64,000 nucleotides of DNA from Prorocentrum cordatum (taxonomy: Eukaryota): NCBI GenBank assembly GCA_963575745.1, contig CAUYUJ010000004.1:1-64000 (forward strand), given 5' to 3'. Under the pieces are notes generated by a model. That model was not told where the DNA came from, ran no database searches, and saw nothing but the letters and a program-made list of their open reading frames with translations. Shown here piece after piece: positions 12,736 to 27,376 of this stretch. Positions within the stretch are counted from its first letter, which is position 1. Every line of letters begins with the position of its first letter. Made by a program: the position numbers and the translations under genes.

Positions 12736-15426
12736 TATTTAAAACAAACGCCCTCCCTGGCCGCGCCCAGGGACCGCGGCGGCGCATGGGAGGACTGGTG
12801 CTCCCGAAGGTCTTCACGAGGCGTCCAAGAGGCTGGCCTCCGGCCGTCCCCAAGACGCCTCCAAGACGCCTCCACAGGCTCCCGGACCATGCAAGACCCC
12901 TTCCGTCAAGGGCAAAACAAAAACGCCCCTACCCTGGTTTACGAGGCGCTGTGCGCTGAAACTCCGGTGGGCTGACAGGGCAAACCCTGCGTGATGTGCC
13001 GCGTCCTGGCGACTCTCTAGGCTTTGGGGGTTCCCAGGAAGTTTACAGACCACGCAATTGTAACCCTGGGTAGGGCCGTTTTTTCATCCCTCCAGGATGC
13101 CCACGGGGCCCCCAAAACGTCCCAAGAGAGCTCCAAGATGGCCCCTCAAAAAGGCGCAGGGAGGCTGTAATCGTCCCATTCCTTTTTGGCAAACACGTGC
13201 ATGTTCAGTATCTGCACGTGGCGGGCTGCCCCAGCGTGCACCACGACCCCAGACTCTGCCCAGACCGCCCCAAAAAAGCAGCCCAATAAGTCCCCAAGAA
13301 AGCCCGAAGACTGCCCTAGACGGCTCCAAGAAGGCCCAAGACGGCCCAGGAAGGCCCCTGCAAGCCCCCAGGGAAGCGCAGGGGAGGCCCCCAGACACTC
13401 CAGACGCCGTCACAACCGCCCCAAAACAATGACAGCCCAAGAAGCCCCCAAGGGAGCCCGAAGACGGCCCAAGAGGGCCCCAAGAAGGCCCCAGACGGCG
13501 CAGGAAGGCTCCTGCAGGCCCTTGGGGGACCCAAAGGAGGCCCCCAGACACTCCCAACAGAGCCCACGGACGTCCACAGCGGCCTCAGGGGGCTTCTCAC
13601 ATCGCTCAAAGATGCCCCGGGATGCTGCCCCAAGAGAGCCCCAACGGGGCTCCAAGACGCCCCCAAACGGCTAGAGAGCCCTCCCAACGGCTTCGGGTCT
13701 CGTGCCCCAGTGTGGCCCCAACCCTCTCCCAGGTGCCCCAGAGGCGCCCTTCAGAGGACCGAAGACGCCCCCCACTTGGACGACGAGCCCGACATCGTCG
13801 ATCCTCGAACCTCGACTGTTCGACGACGACGTCGACGATTGAGAGCTCTACGCCAAGCTGAGCCACGAGCATCTACGCTGAGCTGTCGTACTTCTTCCGG
13901 ATCCTGTCTGCTTCATTTAGCAGTTGATACTGCGACTCGTCAGGATGCGAGTATATGTTCTCGCTCCTGATGCTTCCTATTGTTTCCTTCTGCTTCCTCC
14001 CATCTTCTCCTCTTCCGCCTGGCGGGGCGCAGAAGGCGGCGGGGCGATTGGGCTGTCTCCAAAACCGACGTGGGGCCTGTCGGAAGCCCTCCCGCCTCCT
14101 GGCGGGCCCTCCCAGACACCCATGAGACTTGCCAAGACTTCCTTTCCTTCGGTAGCAGATCATGGGGTCCTTGTGTGCCCTCGTCACTCCATCTTTAGAG
14201 TGTATATTCGCGTCGGTTAGCGTTGGGCAGTCGATGGGATAGCGCCAAATTAGCGTCGATGAGCGTCGAGTCGCAAGAGCCAACAAGATGGCATGGGAGG
14301 TACCCGTGCGTTACCGCCGAACTCCCCCCTGCCTTCTGGGAAGGTCACCCCGCCTCGCCCCACTCCCTGCGGGCCGCCAGCCTCCCCCCTCCCCCTCCCC
14401 ACCACCCCAGGGCGCATTTCGATCCGATCGATCCGATTCGATATCGGCGATCCGATTCGAATTCGATATTCGGCCGATCCGATGCTGCCCGATGCCCGCA
14501 TGGCGTCGTTGCGTATCCCGCCAGGAATTCACTTCTGGGTGCCCGTGGTTGTCTCCAGATGGCCCACCCCTATCCCGAGGTGCTCCATGAAGCGCCCCAG
14601 ACGGCTCAAAGCGCCCTCCGTACGCTCCAAGACGCCCCCGAAAGCGCTCCGAAAGGCGAACGTAAACCACTGGTTCCCCTTGCGTTTTGGATATTTTTTT
14701 TGGATCCGCCTTTCCAGCTTGCCGATGCTCCAATCCAGCCCCAGAGGCACCTCCGCCCGCTTCAGGATTTTTTCGGAGGCCCCCCCTCCCCCAGGGGCGC
14801 CCGGAGCATCCAAGAGGCCCCAGAGCCGTTCCCACGCGCGCCCGCGATGGGCTCCACGAAGGTTTCGAGACGGCCCAAACCGCCCCCCCAGACACTCCAG
14901 GAGGGGTTCCAAACGGCCGTCAAGAGAGACCATAGCTGCCGGCGCCGGTTTTCGTTCGCTGGCTTTCTTGGGCCGACTCTGCAGGGGGAGGAACAGCTTC
15001 TTCTCGCTTTCGCTTGCGATTGCGAGCGTCCTTCGTGTCGCGAAAAGGTCCGAGCCCAGAGAACCCAGACCGGCCGCGAAGCGTGGCGCCAGCTCGCCGC
15101 GGCCAGTGGCACAATCGTCCTGTGGTTGGCAGTCGGTATGCTTGAAATGGTGAAAGTCCCCGCTGCGGCCAGTGGCGCGTGGGACGCACCGCGAGCGGTG
15201 TAGGGAAGGCAGCACGGGCGACGGCGGACGGCATGGCCCGAGACCGCTGGAGAGAACAACAGCTGGCCTGAAAGAGGTAAGAGAGCACGGACTGGCTTGA
15301 GGAGGGTAGGTTTCCAGCCTCTTTGCGCACCCTGCGCGCCACGCCGTCTCGTCTGTGCAGCGGGCCATCGTCGACGAGAGCACCTCGCTGTTCCGTGACA
15401 AGCTCGTTTAATTTGGTGTATGCCAC

Positions 15427-18400
15427 GTGTGTGGTTTTTGCATGATCCACGTGCTCCACCTCCTCCTCCTCCTCCTCCTCCTCCTCTTCCTCCTCCTCCT
15501 CCTCCTCCTCCTCCTGGATCGTCGTCACCGTTACGAGCTTGGGGTGAGCATTGCACATATTTCGTGGCTCAATACGGCGCACTCCAGGGAGCGGCTCTTG
15601 GTGCACTTGACGAGATCTTGGGCCAACGACGTGCTTCGGCAACGGGCTATTGAGCACCGCGGGCATGAACATGTTCATCTTCGGCAGTGGTACCCTCGGC
15701 AAAGAGTCCTGGATATTTCCTCCTGGGAACGATTGGACATGGCTTCTCCTTCGCCCTGGCGCGCGTCGATTATGACCGTTGGACCTGAGCATTCTCAACG
15801 TGGTGGGCCTCCGACACTCCCTGCTAGTCGCTTTCAAGCCCATGCGATGTATCGTGCATTGGTAGATCGTGTCGCGGCATGGGCAAGGCAATGGGTTCCC
15901 TCCATCGTCGTCGTCTCGACGGGCAGCGATTTTCAACAGTGGATGGACTGGTGTGTGGAGTATGTTTCCGATGTCTTGAGGTATTACGGATTTCGAGATC
16001 TGCTGCGCTGCCCTGTGGAAGCTGCCTCGGATCAAGCCGTTCGCTGGGAAGTTGCCACTGAGATCTGTCTTCGGGGATGGTACGACAGCGCCCAGCCCAG
16101 GGAGGCTTTGCGTACTTCCCTTTTCTGAACAATGGCTTGCACGCGACGACTTGAGGATCAGTCAGTTACGTCGGCGAGGCGTGCAGCACCTTCGTCAATT
16201 GGGCTGGCTGGCCAATGTCACCCGCATGCCGCCAGAGGAGCGCCACCTCTTTGAGCAGGCTCGGGCAGCCCGGCCTCGCGGTGAGCTGCCTGCTCTGCTT
16301 CCACATCTCCACCCTCAGCGTTATCTACAACATGGTGCAGTGGTGGGTGCTTTTGCGTCTGGCGAGCCCTTTCCAAACGACTCCAACAACAGCGTGGATG
16401 GCGATGGCTTCCCGAAGCCTACGGACGTGGACTTAGAGATCATGGCAGAAACTGGACACAATGCGAGCTTGGGTGATGCGGAACCTCCTCCTCCAGGTTG
16501 TCACGACGGTGCCGAGATGACCGCGGCTGAATATGCTCATCATTTTGGTCCCGTTCTCACTGACGAAGAATTTGTGCGCCAAGTTCAAGAAGCGGTTCGG
16601 CGATCTCGCGAAGAGCATCCTCTTGCTGATCGGGATCCTACGGCTGTGTCGTCAACAACGCCATGTCCTGTGCATGACGAGGCCCTGTCGCCAGTGGAAC
16701 CACCCACGCCGCATGCGCAAGATGAAGTGCCTGACTCCAGCTCGTCCGATGGGGACTTCGACCGTCTGATGGCTGAGCACGGTTTTGGGGTTATTTACCC
16801 CAATGGGACTGTGGGAGGTGCCTTAGCGTCTGCCAGTGGTGAGGCTTCAGGTGCGGAAGGGCACCCAACACATGCATCGTCGCCCCCACTTACTGTGGCA
16901 ACGCCTCCTGACCTGCCTGCTGATGATGTTGTGCCGACTCCTGGTCTTGTGGACGATGCTGGTCGGCTTCCTGCTTTGCGCTCGGTCAGCTCTTTCGTCT
17001 ACGCTGTGCTGGCTGCGTCTGGCACGCAAGGTGTTCTTGGACGTAGAGGTGAGGAGTCTCTCTCGCCTGACCAACTCCCACGGGCGATTGACCATCTGGA
17101 TGCGAACTACGCGATGTCAGCGGAGCACAGGGAGCTGGTTATTTGGATGCTCAACCATCCGTCCGCGCTCTTGGAGGGTACTGATGAAGAGCCTGGTTTT
17201 CCTCCCTTCGGCCTGGATGTGGTCTTCGACGATGGCTCTCCCACAGACTTCGACGAGTTGATGCTTGCTGTAGCTGCCGCCGCACCTCACGACATGATTG
17301 AGGTTCTGCCGCAGGACGCCATGCTCTCGCTGTTGAGCCCCGACTCGGAGTCGGATCAGGAGGATGTGCACGCGGAGATCTTGGCCCAGGCGGTGGCTCC
17401 AGAACGCTTTCCTGGATTGCACGACCACATCGATAATCGCACACGGTCTGACGATGTTCCTGGTGTTCCTCATGTGGCCCACGACACTGCCACTGCGTTG
17501 TCGGTGCACTTTGTCCCCGCTCAGGATGCCCCTTCAACTTCGTCCTGAGCCAGCTCTCCCATGTTCTTCGAGCTCTTCTTCTCACGGACCTGGCCAATCT
17601 GGGCAAGCTGACGATGTTCTGCATGAGGCACTGCCTGCGGAAGCGCCTGCTGGACATGCAATACCTTGTCAAGTTGAGGAGACAGACCCCGTGCAATCTG
17701 GCGAAACTGAAGGGCACGCTGCACTCGGTCACTCTGTCCTGGGACCTCGCGGTCACGAACCGATGGACCAAGCTGAACTCATGCAGCAGCTTCTCACTGT
17801 TCAACACGCGCTTGCAGCGGGGGGTGCCGCGTCTTTGCTTGGTGAGCACGGTGGGCGCGTTCCTGTGGACTTTGGCGAAGTGGATTGGGACTTGTTAGAA
17901 CCCAACACGATTCATGCGGTCAGTATTTTGGTTCCTGCGATCCTGCCCGAAACCCCGAACATGCCGAATGGATCTGCGACAACCTTGTGCTGGTCTTCGT
18001 CTGCGCTAGCACTTCAGCCTGAGCGACCGCCTGGTCATTGGCAGCACCATCTTGCGACATTTGCAGAACTGTCGGGACCCCAAATTGAGCAAGCTCTGCG
18101 ACTACTTCTCCATTTATTTCCTAAGTTGACGATGGACGAGTTCTTTGAGATTGGCTGGGTGCTTCGTCACCCTGCTGCTTTTCTTCTCCCTGTTGTCGAA
18201 GGTGAAGGCCCTTATGATCTGTATGCTGGAACAGTGGAAACTGAGGCTGGTGTGGACACCCTTAGCTCTGGCTGTGGTGGCAGCCCTCCATTGATTGCGA
18301 CAGTCGTACCGCATGTGTCTGATGATGTTCCTGCTGAAGGTGGAGCTGATGATCTCCCTGGAGGTGGCTGCCTTGGTCACGGAGAGTCTGGACCTGCCGC

Positions 18401-19064
18401 TGAAACTCCTGCGCGTCTTCCTGGCGGTGGTGAGCATTCTCCTCGTGATTGTGTGGGCCATGGGCGTTCAGGTCGTGTCCAAGTACCTCTAGCGGAAGAC
18501 GCTGCACCTCAAGGGGGAGATTCTGGCCACCAAGGGGCGAGTGAGTTGGGGCCCACGGATGCTAGCACTGGTCCCGTGGGGGGCCCATCGCTGAGTCTCG
18601 CGGCGGTCTCGCCAGAGGTCGAGCTGACGGACGCGGCGCAATATGCACTGGGACAAGCTCTTCACACGCTTGCTCAGCTCTCGTCTACTCCTTCGACGGC
18701 GCTCACAACGGCTGCTACGACAATGGCAACTACACCATCGGCGGCGGCCTCTACCCTTGGTGCTTCAACCTCGATTCCTGTTGCACTCCCTGGGCCACAA
18801 GTTCACGCGGTGCTTCTGACAATGGAAGGCATGGGGCTCCGCCCAGACGAAGTTCAAGAGGCTCTGAATCTGATGTTGGACGGTGCGCTTCCTGGAGTTC
18901 ACGGAGCGCCTCCGCCTCTGCCAGGTGACTTGATGGGCGCGGACGGCGACGCGATCGCGGCCTTTCTCGACAGCGACTTCAACCAGGAGCCCTCCTCCGA
19001 GGCGGACCTGAGGACAGGCCCCGCGGGGGCCGACGGCGGCGGCGGCGCGGCCAGCGCGGCCTAG
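15427..19064 (+). pseudogene. Unidentified long coding region in three consecutive frames (15427-16128, 16052-17548, 17364-19064); possibly transposon-derived
   Basis: Long stop-free, protein-like acidic/Pro-rich stretches. Third codon positions look T-rich relative to the flanks. An internal motif (LS..Q...A...L...W.L.HP.A.L) is repeated. No family recognised. Confidence 0.45.
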
Positions 19065-19907
19065 ACAAAGACGCGCGCCTCTCAGTGGCGTGGGATCCTC
19101 CTCCGACCTATTCCACGACTGTCTGCCTGTTCGCCCCTCCCCCCTCTCCCCCACGGCGGGGGCGCCAACTGTCCGCCTGCGCGGGTGCTGGCCAGGTCGA
19201 CCCTGGGCCCAGCATCGGTGTGCGTGCCTGTCTGGCCGGGCTGGGAGGCGACCATCCAGTGACCTCCCAGCCTGGACTGGGCTGGGCAGGCTAGGTGCAG
19301 CCCGGGCCCGTGATTTGGGCACGTGCACCCCTGGCCAGGCCGGGATTTGGCATCCATCAGCTCAACGGCGTGGACCGAGCCACGACGCGGTCGGTGCCGG
19401 CGGGGACGGCGGTCGCCGCTCCTGCACCCACCTGCCGCTCCAGACCCAGTCGCTGATCTTCCGCATCTCACCTAGCGGTTCTCCATTCGTGATGGCGGCG
19501 GCTGACAGCGGACGGTGGACGACGACGACGACGAATTACGGATGACGGCAGCCGCGGCGGCAGCCGCGGCGGCAGCGGTGGCGGCGACGGACGACGGACG
19601 ACGGACGATGGCGACGACCAAAAGGTTGACCGACGGTGTTCCCCCCCCAGTGTGGTCAGCTGGCGTCCATCCCGCCAGATGCCGCTTCGTGCTTCCCGGG
19701 TCCTCGCCCCCCCTCTTCTCCGTGCGCGGCGAGAGGACGCGGATGCCGGCCAGGGGCGCAACCAGAAGCGGCAACGCTGGGACATTAGGGGGGAGGCCCG
19801 CCTTCCGCGAAGAGGGTGCGCCAGCACCCCCCCCTTTTGGCGGCGGGGACGGAGGATGAGGAGGAGGGTCGAACACGAGGCCTCCACATGCCGCATTCTG
19901 GGCCTTT

Positions 19908-19971
<64 letters not shown>

Positions 19972-19974
19972 GTG

Positions 19975-20490
19975 TAAAACAGCATCCCAACCAAAGCCTG
20001 GAGCCGTGAAGATGTTGCAGACTTTGAATACGACTTTGCACGGCGCGAAGGCGACAGCCACATGTTGAAAAGGAACCGCCCGCAATCCGTGAAGCTTTTG
20101 TATACTGTCAAGACGAATTTGCCCGGCGCGAAGGCGAAACCCATGTTGTACAAAGAAACCGCCCTCCATCCGTGAAGCTGTTGCCGAATTTCCATACGAA
20201 TGCGCGTTGCGCGAAAGCGAGAGCCACATTTTGAAAACGGACCGCCTTTTATCCGCGGAGTTCTTGCAAACGCTTAAGACGAATGTGCGCGGCGCTAAGG
20301 CGAGAACCACATGTTGAAAACGGCCCGCCCTTCATCCGTGGAACTCCTGCATAACTCTAGAAACCAATGTACGCGGCGCTAAGTCAACTACCACATTTTG
20401 AAAATGGCCCGCCCTTCATCCGTGAAATTCTTGGAAATCCTCAGCGTCAGGATCATAAGTGGAGAGGAAATCTCAGGCGAAACGCCCGGA
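19975..20490 (+). repeat. About 83-bp tandem repeat array with a fixed end motif, copy 1
   Basis: Units gcgc(g/t)aaggcgagagccacatgttgaaaa...atccgtgaa; ends tctcaggcgaaacgcccgg, as does the array at 52225-52782. Confidence 0.85.
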
Positions 20491-20549
20491 CTGCCCTACC
20501 GATCCGTTTCGGGGTGCGACACTGAGGAGTTATGTATAAGGAAGAGGGA

Positions 20550-22390
<1,841 letters not shown>

Positions 22391-22421
22391 GGAGTCAGCA
22401 GGCCTCGCCCGGGCAACTTGG

Positions 22422-22560
22422 TGTCAGGACTAGCGCGCGTTCCCACCCAGCCACTGGGTTCGCTCGGGCGTGGTCCTGCCTCGGACGACTCGGTGACGGG
22501 AAACGCACGGGCCCCGGACGGGCGGGGAGCGGACCTTTCAGAAATCCTGGCGTGGCGTTG

Positions 22561-22600
<40 letters not shown>

Positions 22601-23067
22601 AGAGAGAGAGAGAGAGAGACCACTGTCTGGCCTTCCCGCGCGGGCAGACTCTTTCCGACGAGGGTGGCGAAGGCAAAGCATTCGCCGTGCCTAGGCAGCG
22701 CCGGCACCGTCGCGCGAAGTCTGCGCGTAGGCGAGAGCAGCGTTTCGCCCCTCTGCGCGCGGCCCCGCTGCTGCCCTCTGGCGATTCGACGCCGTGCCCC
22801 AGCGGGAGCGCCACTCACATACGAAGTCTGCACAGAGAACCCGTCCGCTCGCGCGTGGCCCCGCGAATGCGCGTCGCGCCCAAGCGGGAGCTCAACCCTC
22901 AAGCCGAATGGGCGTGGCGCCTTGGCGCGAGAGAAATTCCGCCCTTTCGTATGCGATGTGTGCCGCGTCCCACTCCTGTGTGTGAATTCCCTCTCTCTCT
23001 CTCCTGCTCTCATTCTTCTCCGCCGCCACCCCTCTCGGTTCAGATACTGGAGATACACAGCCTGACA
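22422..23067 (+). mobile_element. Candidate 5' LTR of the copia-like relic
   Basis: TGTCAGG...CCTGACA 7-bp terminal inverted repeat, immediately followed by TGG (PBS-like, 23068), upstream of gag. No second LTR seen. Confidence 0.45.
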
Positions 23068-23248
23068 TGGCTGGACAGCATCGAGGGCTAAAACCCTTCA
23101 TCGCTGTCATCCTTCCTCTACCTACGGGCTTCCATCGGACGGACGGTTCGGCCCTTCGACTCCTTACTTCCGTTCACATGTTATCAGCGTTTCTTGTTTC
23201 GCTCTTCTGCTGGCGATCCTTGCGTCGTCGACTTCGGTTGCTGCTCTG

Positions 23249-26200
23249 ATGGCCGACATTTCGGGCGCGGCCAACGAAGTTCAGCATGCGAGCTCCCCGA
23301 CGTCGCGCAGGCTCGCCGGCGACTTTGAGATGGCAGTAGGAATCGATGTGGCACCCCAGACCCCCCTGACTGGAGGTGATTCAGAGGCACGCCCCAGGCT
23401 GCGCTGCTGCGCGCGGCAGAAGAACGCTCTCGGCCCACGTCGGGAGCAATCCCCACCCTTCGCGCGCCAGGTTTTGGGGGGGGCTTCAGCCTCTTCGGGC
23501 CCTCGCTCCTCGAACTCCTGCTTCTGCTGCTGCGTCCGATGTCGGCGATAACGCCTGCGGCGTCGTGAGCAAACCCCGCGGAGTGCCGGGGGCAATCCCC
23601 GCGCGCGGGCTGCCTGGCTTTACTCCCAGCGCTTCCGCGCGCGCCCGCCGTTTGGACACGAGAGATCACCTGCACCCCGCGTTTGATCCCGTCTCCGAAC
23701 ACGTTCGTGCCGTCGAGGGCCACCGTAGCACGGCTGAACAGCCGGCGTCCGCGGCACCCCGTTCAGGTCCGCAGAACAGCATGGCATCCCTTGATCGGCA
23801 TCGCATCAGGTTTCAGCGTCGCGACACTAGCCGCAGTCCCTCCCAGAGGCGCTCGCGGCAGGCCTTTCCGAGGCGCGGCACCACCCGCGCCATTCATCGC
23901 GCCACGCCCTCCGACAATGCAATGGCAGGGTTCAGGGGCCAGTTTGCAACTTTCACGATTTTGCAGTTCTCAGGTTTTTTCAGTCTGTCGCGGATGCGTC
24001 GCCACAGACGGCCATCCTGCGTGCAGAGCTCCACCAGGCCCTTAGTGCGATCGATCTTCGGATCGTTGAGGATCGCCGATTTCTCTGCGAAGTTTGGCAC
24101 CAAGTCGATCGTGCTGAGTCATGCCGAGGTCAGGGCGCCCAGCCCATCCCGACGCTCCGCGAATACCTCCCTAGCGTGGAGGCGCAACTCGCGGGCGTCC
24201 GTGACTGGGGCGCTGCTGCTGCGCGGATCTTGCGCGATGAGATCCGCGAGGCGGCTTTGCGCCCTGCGTCAGAGGCATCTGGAGTGCCGGAAGAAGCTCG
24301 TCGAGATGAACTCCTCGACGATTTGTTAGAGGCGACGTCTGAGCGCCTCCGCGCCGAGACCGCCAGCGTCGAACAATATCTATATGGGGCAATATCTATA
24401 TGGAAGATTGTGTACTGTCGAGAATGCCATCGTTCGGCGTCTTCATGCATCGGAAGCCATTTTGCCAGCGCTTGCTGACCGGATCGCCGCGATCGAGCAG
24501 AAGGTCAGCACAGCAGGCCGCTATGGCTGAACTGCAAGTTGCATGCGTGGGCCAAGACTGATCAGCTGGCCACCCCGACTTCGGTTTGCGATTTCGCCCC
24601 CGTCGCTGGCGAGTTGCAGGATTTGAGGAAGGCGGCGGACCACTTGCAGTCTATGCTGGCCCAAGTCTCAGTTTGATCGGCTCATCACTTGTCTGGGCGC
24701 GCAGCGAGGAGCATGTGGCCGGCCATTCCGAGCTCAAGAGCAACGTCTGGATCGATTTTCGCAGCGCGCCCGCCAACGACGATGTTGCTAATCTTCGTCA
24801 GTGCGTGACGCAAGTGCAGCGAGACCTCGCGACCGCTGGCTACCTTGTCACGAAGCATGTGAACGACTGTGCCCTTCGCGAGCTACCGCCGCCTACAATG
24901 CCCGTTGTGAGTGCAGCCCCACGCGCTGCGGCTGCTATCGCCGACGCAACGCCCGCGCGGACCCGCCGCGACGTGCTTCGCCCAGCGCCGCCTCTGCGGC
25001 TGCCTCTGCCACTCGCGGCGATCACGACGGCGCTATCTATCGTGCGACCTCGCCGCCAGCTGCAGGTCCGTCGTAGAACTTTTCGCAGGATTCTAGCGGT
25101 GGCATGATCCCCGTCAAAGAGTCTGGCGCTGTTCGCGTTCCACTCCTGCCGAAGTTCACGCAGGTGGATGAATGGCAGCAACATGTCCAGGAAGGCTTTG
25201 GCAGTGCCTCTGGACGTCCGTCCATGGCTCGCGCCTTCCTCTGCGTCGCCGGAAAACCAGACACCAAGTTTGAAGGTCTTGCAGACAGTGGGGACTGCGA
25301 GAGCATAAATTGCAAGCTTGCGAATGCACTCGCGGCCATTTTGATTGCTGGTCTGCACGGCCAGGTCAAATGCCTGAAGCGCGCGGGACATGCAGCAGGG
25401 CGCGCGAAGGGCCGCCAGATCTATTGGCTCATCCTGAGGTCCTGCGAAGTCACTGTCGCTGAAGTGGACGACGCTGCGCGCGATTTCGAGCGACTCCAGA
25501 GCTTTCCTGCGCGAGAAGATTATCTTCAGCGTTTCGTTGTGGACCTGGGGCAACTCTTTGCCCGACTGTCGGGGGCTTCCTGGCCCCGGAATCTCCCAGT
25601 CACACAGGGCGCAGATTCGACGACGTCCATGGATGAAGCAAGATGTGTACGAATGCAACAAGATGAAGCCTAACGGGCACAACGAGACTCACGGCTGGCC
25701 CCCAGCCCGACACGTAGAGAACATCGAGCTGCATCGACGCGAACGAAGGGGCAACAATTTGACATGCGCGTCGCAGCGCGAGGGCGGCGCGGCCCTATGT
25801 GCTGCGGGGGAAAAAAAGGGCATCTGCAGGAGTGGCGATCGTTGCAAAGCTTTGCGCGCGGGGCCCGGGGTCCCGCGGGGCGCCCCTTCTACGCGCAATC
25901 GCCGACATCGGGCTGGCAGCGATGCCCGCGGAGGGCGACCCGCCAGTGACTGACCGAGAATGGCGCCACAGTCAGGTGGTGGCAATCAGTTTTGCTTTGC
26001 GTTTGCCAGTGCCAGCTCCTGCCCGACAGGTGGCGGGCGTCGCTGTCCCCGCGCGGCAAGGATCAGCTTCTGCGCGAGCGACCGCTGCGAGGCCGGCAAC
26101 GGCTGCAAGCGCGCCCGCCTTGCAGTTGTCGCTGAGGCCCCACCGCGCAGCCCTGGTCGCGCCGTCGGGGGGCTCTCCTCAATGCGGGGGGCGCCGAGGA

Positions 26201-27230
26201 TCACGGAGTCCGGGGGGCTCTCGACGGTCGCGGCGGGGCCTCCGCCCCCCTCGACGCGATGGCCGCCGCGGCTCTTGCAGTCTGGGGGGCGCGCGCTGGT
26301 CGCGGCGTGGCTCTCGCTCTCCATCCCGCGATTCACGGTGGGGCAGCGACCGAGGGCGCTCCTCCCAGCGGGGCAGCGATCGCGTGCGCCAGTGCACCAC
26401 GACTCCATGAGGAGCACGTCCCCGCGCTGCTGCAGCCCGTCGCCCGCTGCCCGCCGACGACCGCCTCGGCGACTACGCGGCGGCAGCTGCGTCATCCGCG
26501 AGAAGGCCCTCGCGGCGGCTCCTGCCAGTCGCAAGGCGTCTCTACCGCGTGTGTACCCCGATCATGACAGCGCGGGCATCTTTGCCCGCGCGGCATGCGG
26601 CCATGTGGACAAGTGGCAGGGCGGCCCCCGCGACGGTGACCGAGTGGACGTTCCTGACCCTTTTCCCGACTGGCGGCGCGACGGCGCGCGGGCCTCGCGT
26701 GCGGCTCAGGGCGAGGCCCGCGCTTGGCATGGTGACGTCTTCCCACCTGCAACGACTATTGCTGCGCCTGCTATTTCAGCGAACGACGGCCGCGAGCCGA
26801 TGGCAACATCCGCTGCATCTTCCCCCGCTCCTGTTGGAACGACGGCTGCGTTGTCGCGAAGTTGGGTGCTTGGTAGCGATTCAGCGCGCCGCGTCCAAGA
26901 TGGGGCCGTCTTGACCTGCGACGAATCCGACAACGCGCGCAGGGGGCGTGGGCAGATCTTGGCATCTGCCAGCGGCGATCATGAAGTTGACGAGCGCATC
27001 CAGTTGCATATCCCCGAGGTCGGTTTGTCCAGCAGCGCGCTGGCTATGATCAACTGCCCCCCCCCCCCCCCATCATCTCACTCGGCGAATTGCTCGAAGA
27101 GGGCGGTTTCCGACAGATATGGGATTTCAAACTTGGCTTGTTGTTGCAGGGTCCACGGAGTCAGTGGCATTGCGTGCCGGCCTGCAACCGCACTCCCGAA
27201 CTCGACCTCAACGAGCTCGAGCGCATGGCC
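23249..27230 (+). pseudogene. Ty1/copia-like gag - Cys zinc fingers - aspartic protease relic (frameshifted; no integrase or RT)
   Basis: Gag-like KE..VRVP.LP...W...SASGRP...KLANAL...GRQIYWLI (25104-25673). Cys clusters at about 25790-26120. Decayed protease WVLGSDSA (about 26863) followed by ASASG...SLGELL...G...W. Confidence 0.65.
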
Positions 27231-27376
27231 CGGGGTGTGCCGGCGCTGCGGCGACGGATGGCCTGGAGCAGGGCGAGGTGCAGACGCTCGCTGTCGGCGC
27301 AGGGCAGGGGGCCGTGGAAGTCGAGGGGGCCAAATAGGGCCCCGAGAAGCCCGAGGCGCCCGCGTGGCTCGCGCGA

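Noticed and set aside
23068..23087. Assigning a specific tRNA primer to the PBS-like sequence
   Set aside because: Only the CA-TGG junction is supported; I cannot match it to a tRNA without the host tRNA set.
24450..24738. Additional SL-like fragments (cggaagccattttgcc at about 24451; gccattccgagctcaag at about 24722)
   Set aside because: Partial matches only, inside decayed coding sequence and not tied to a credible start codon.
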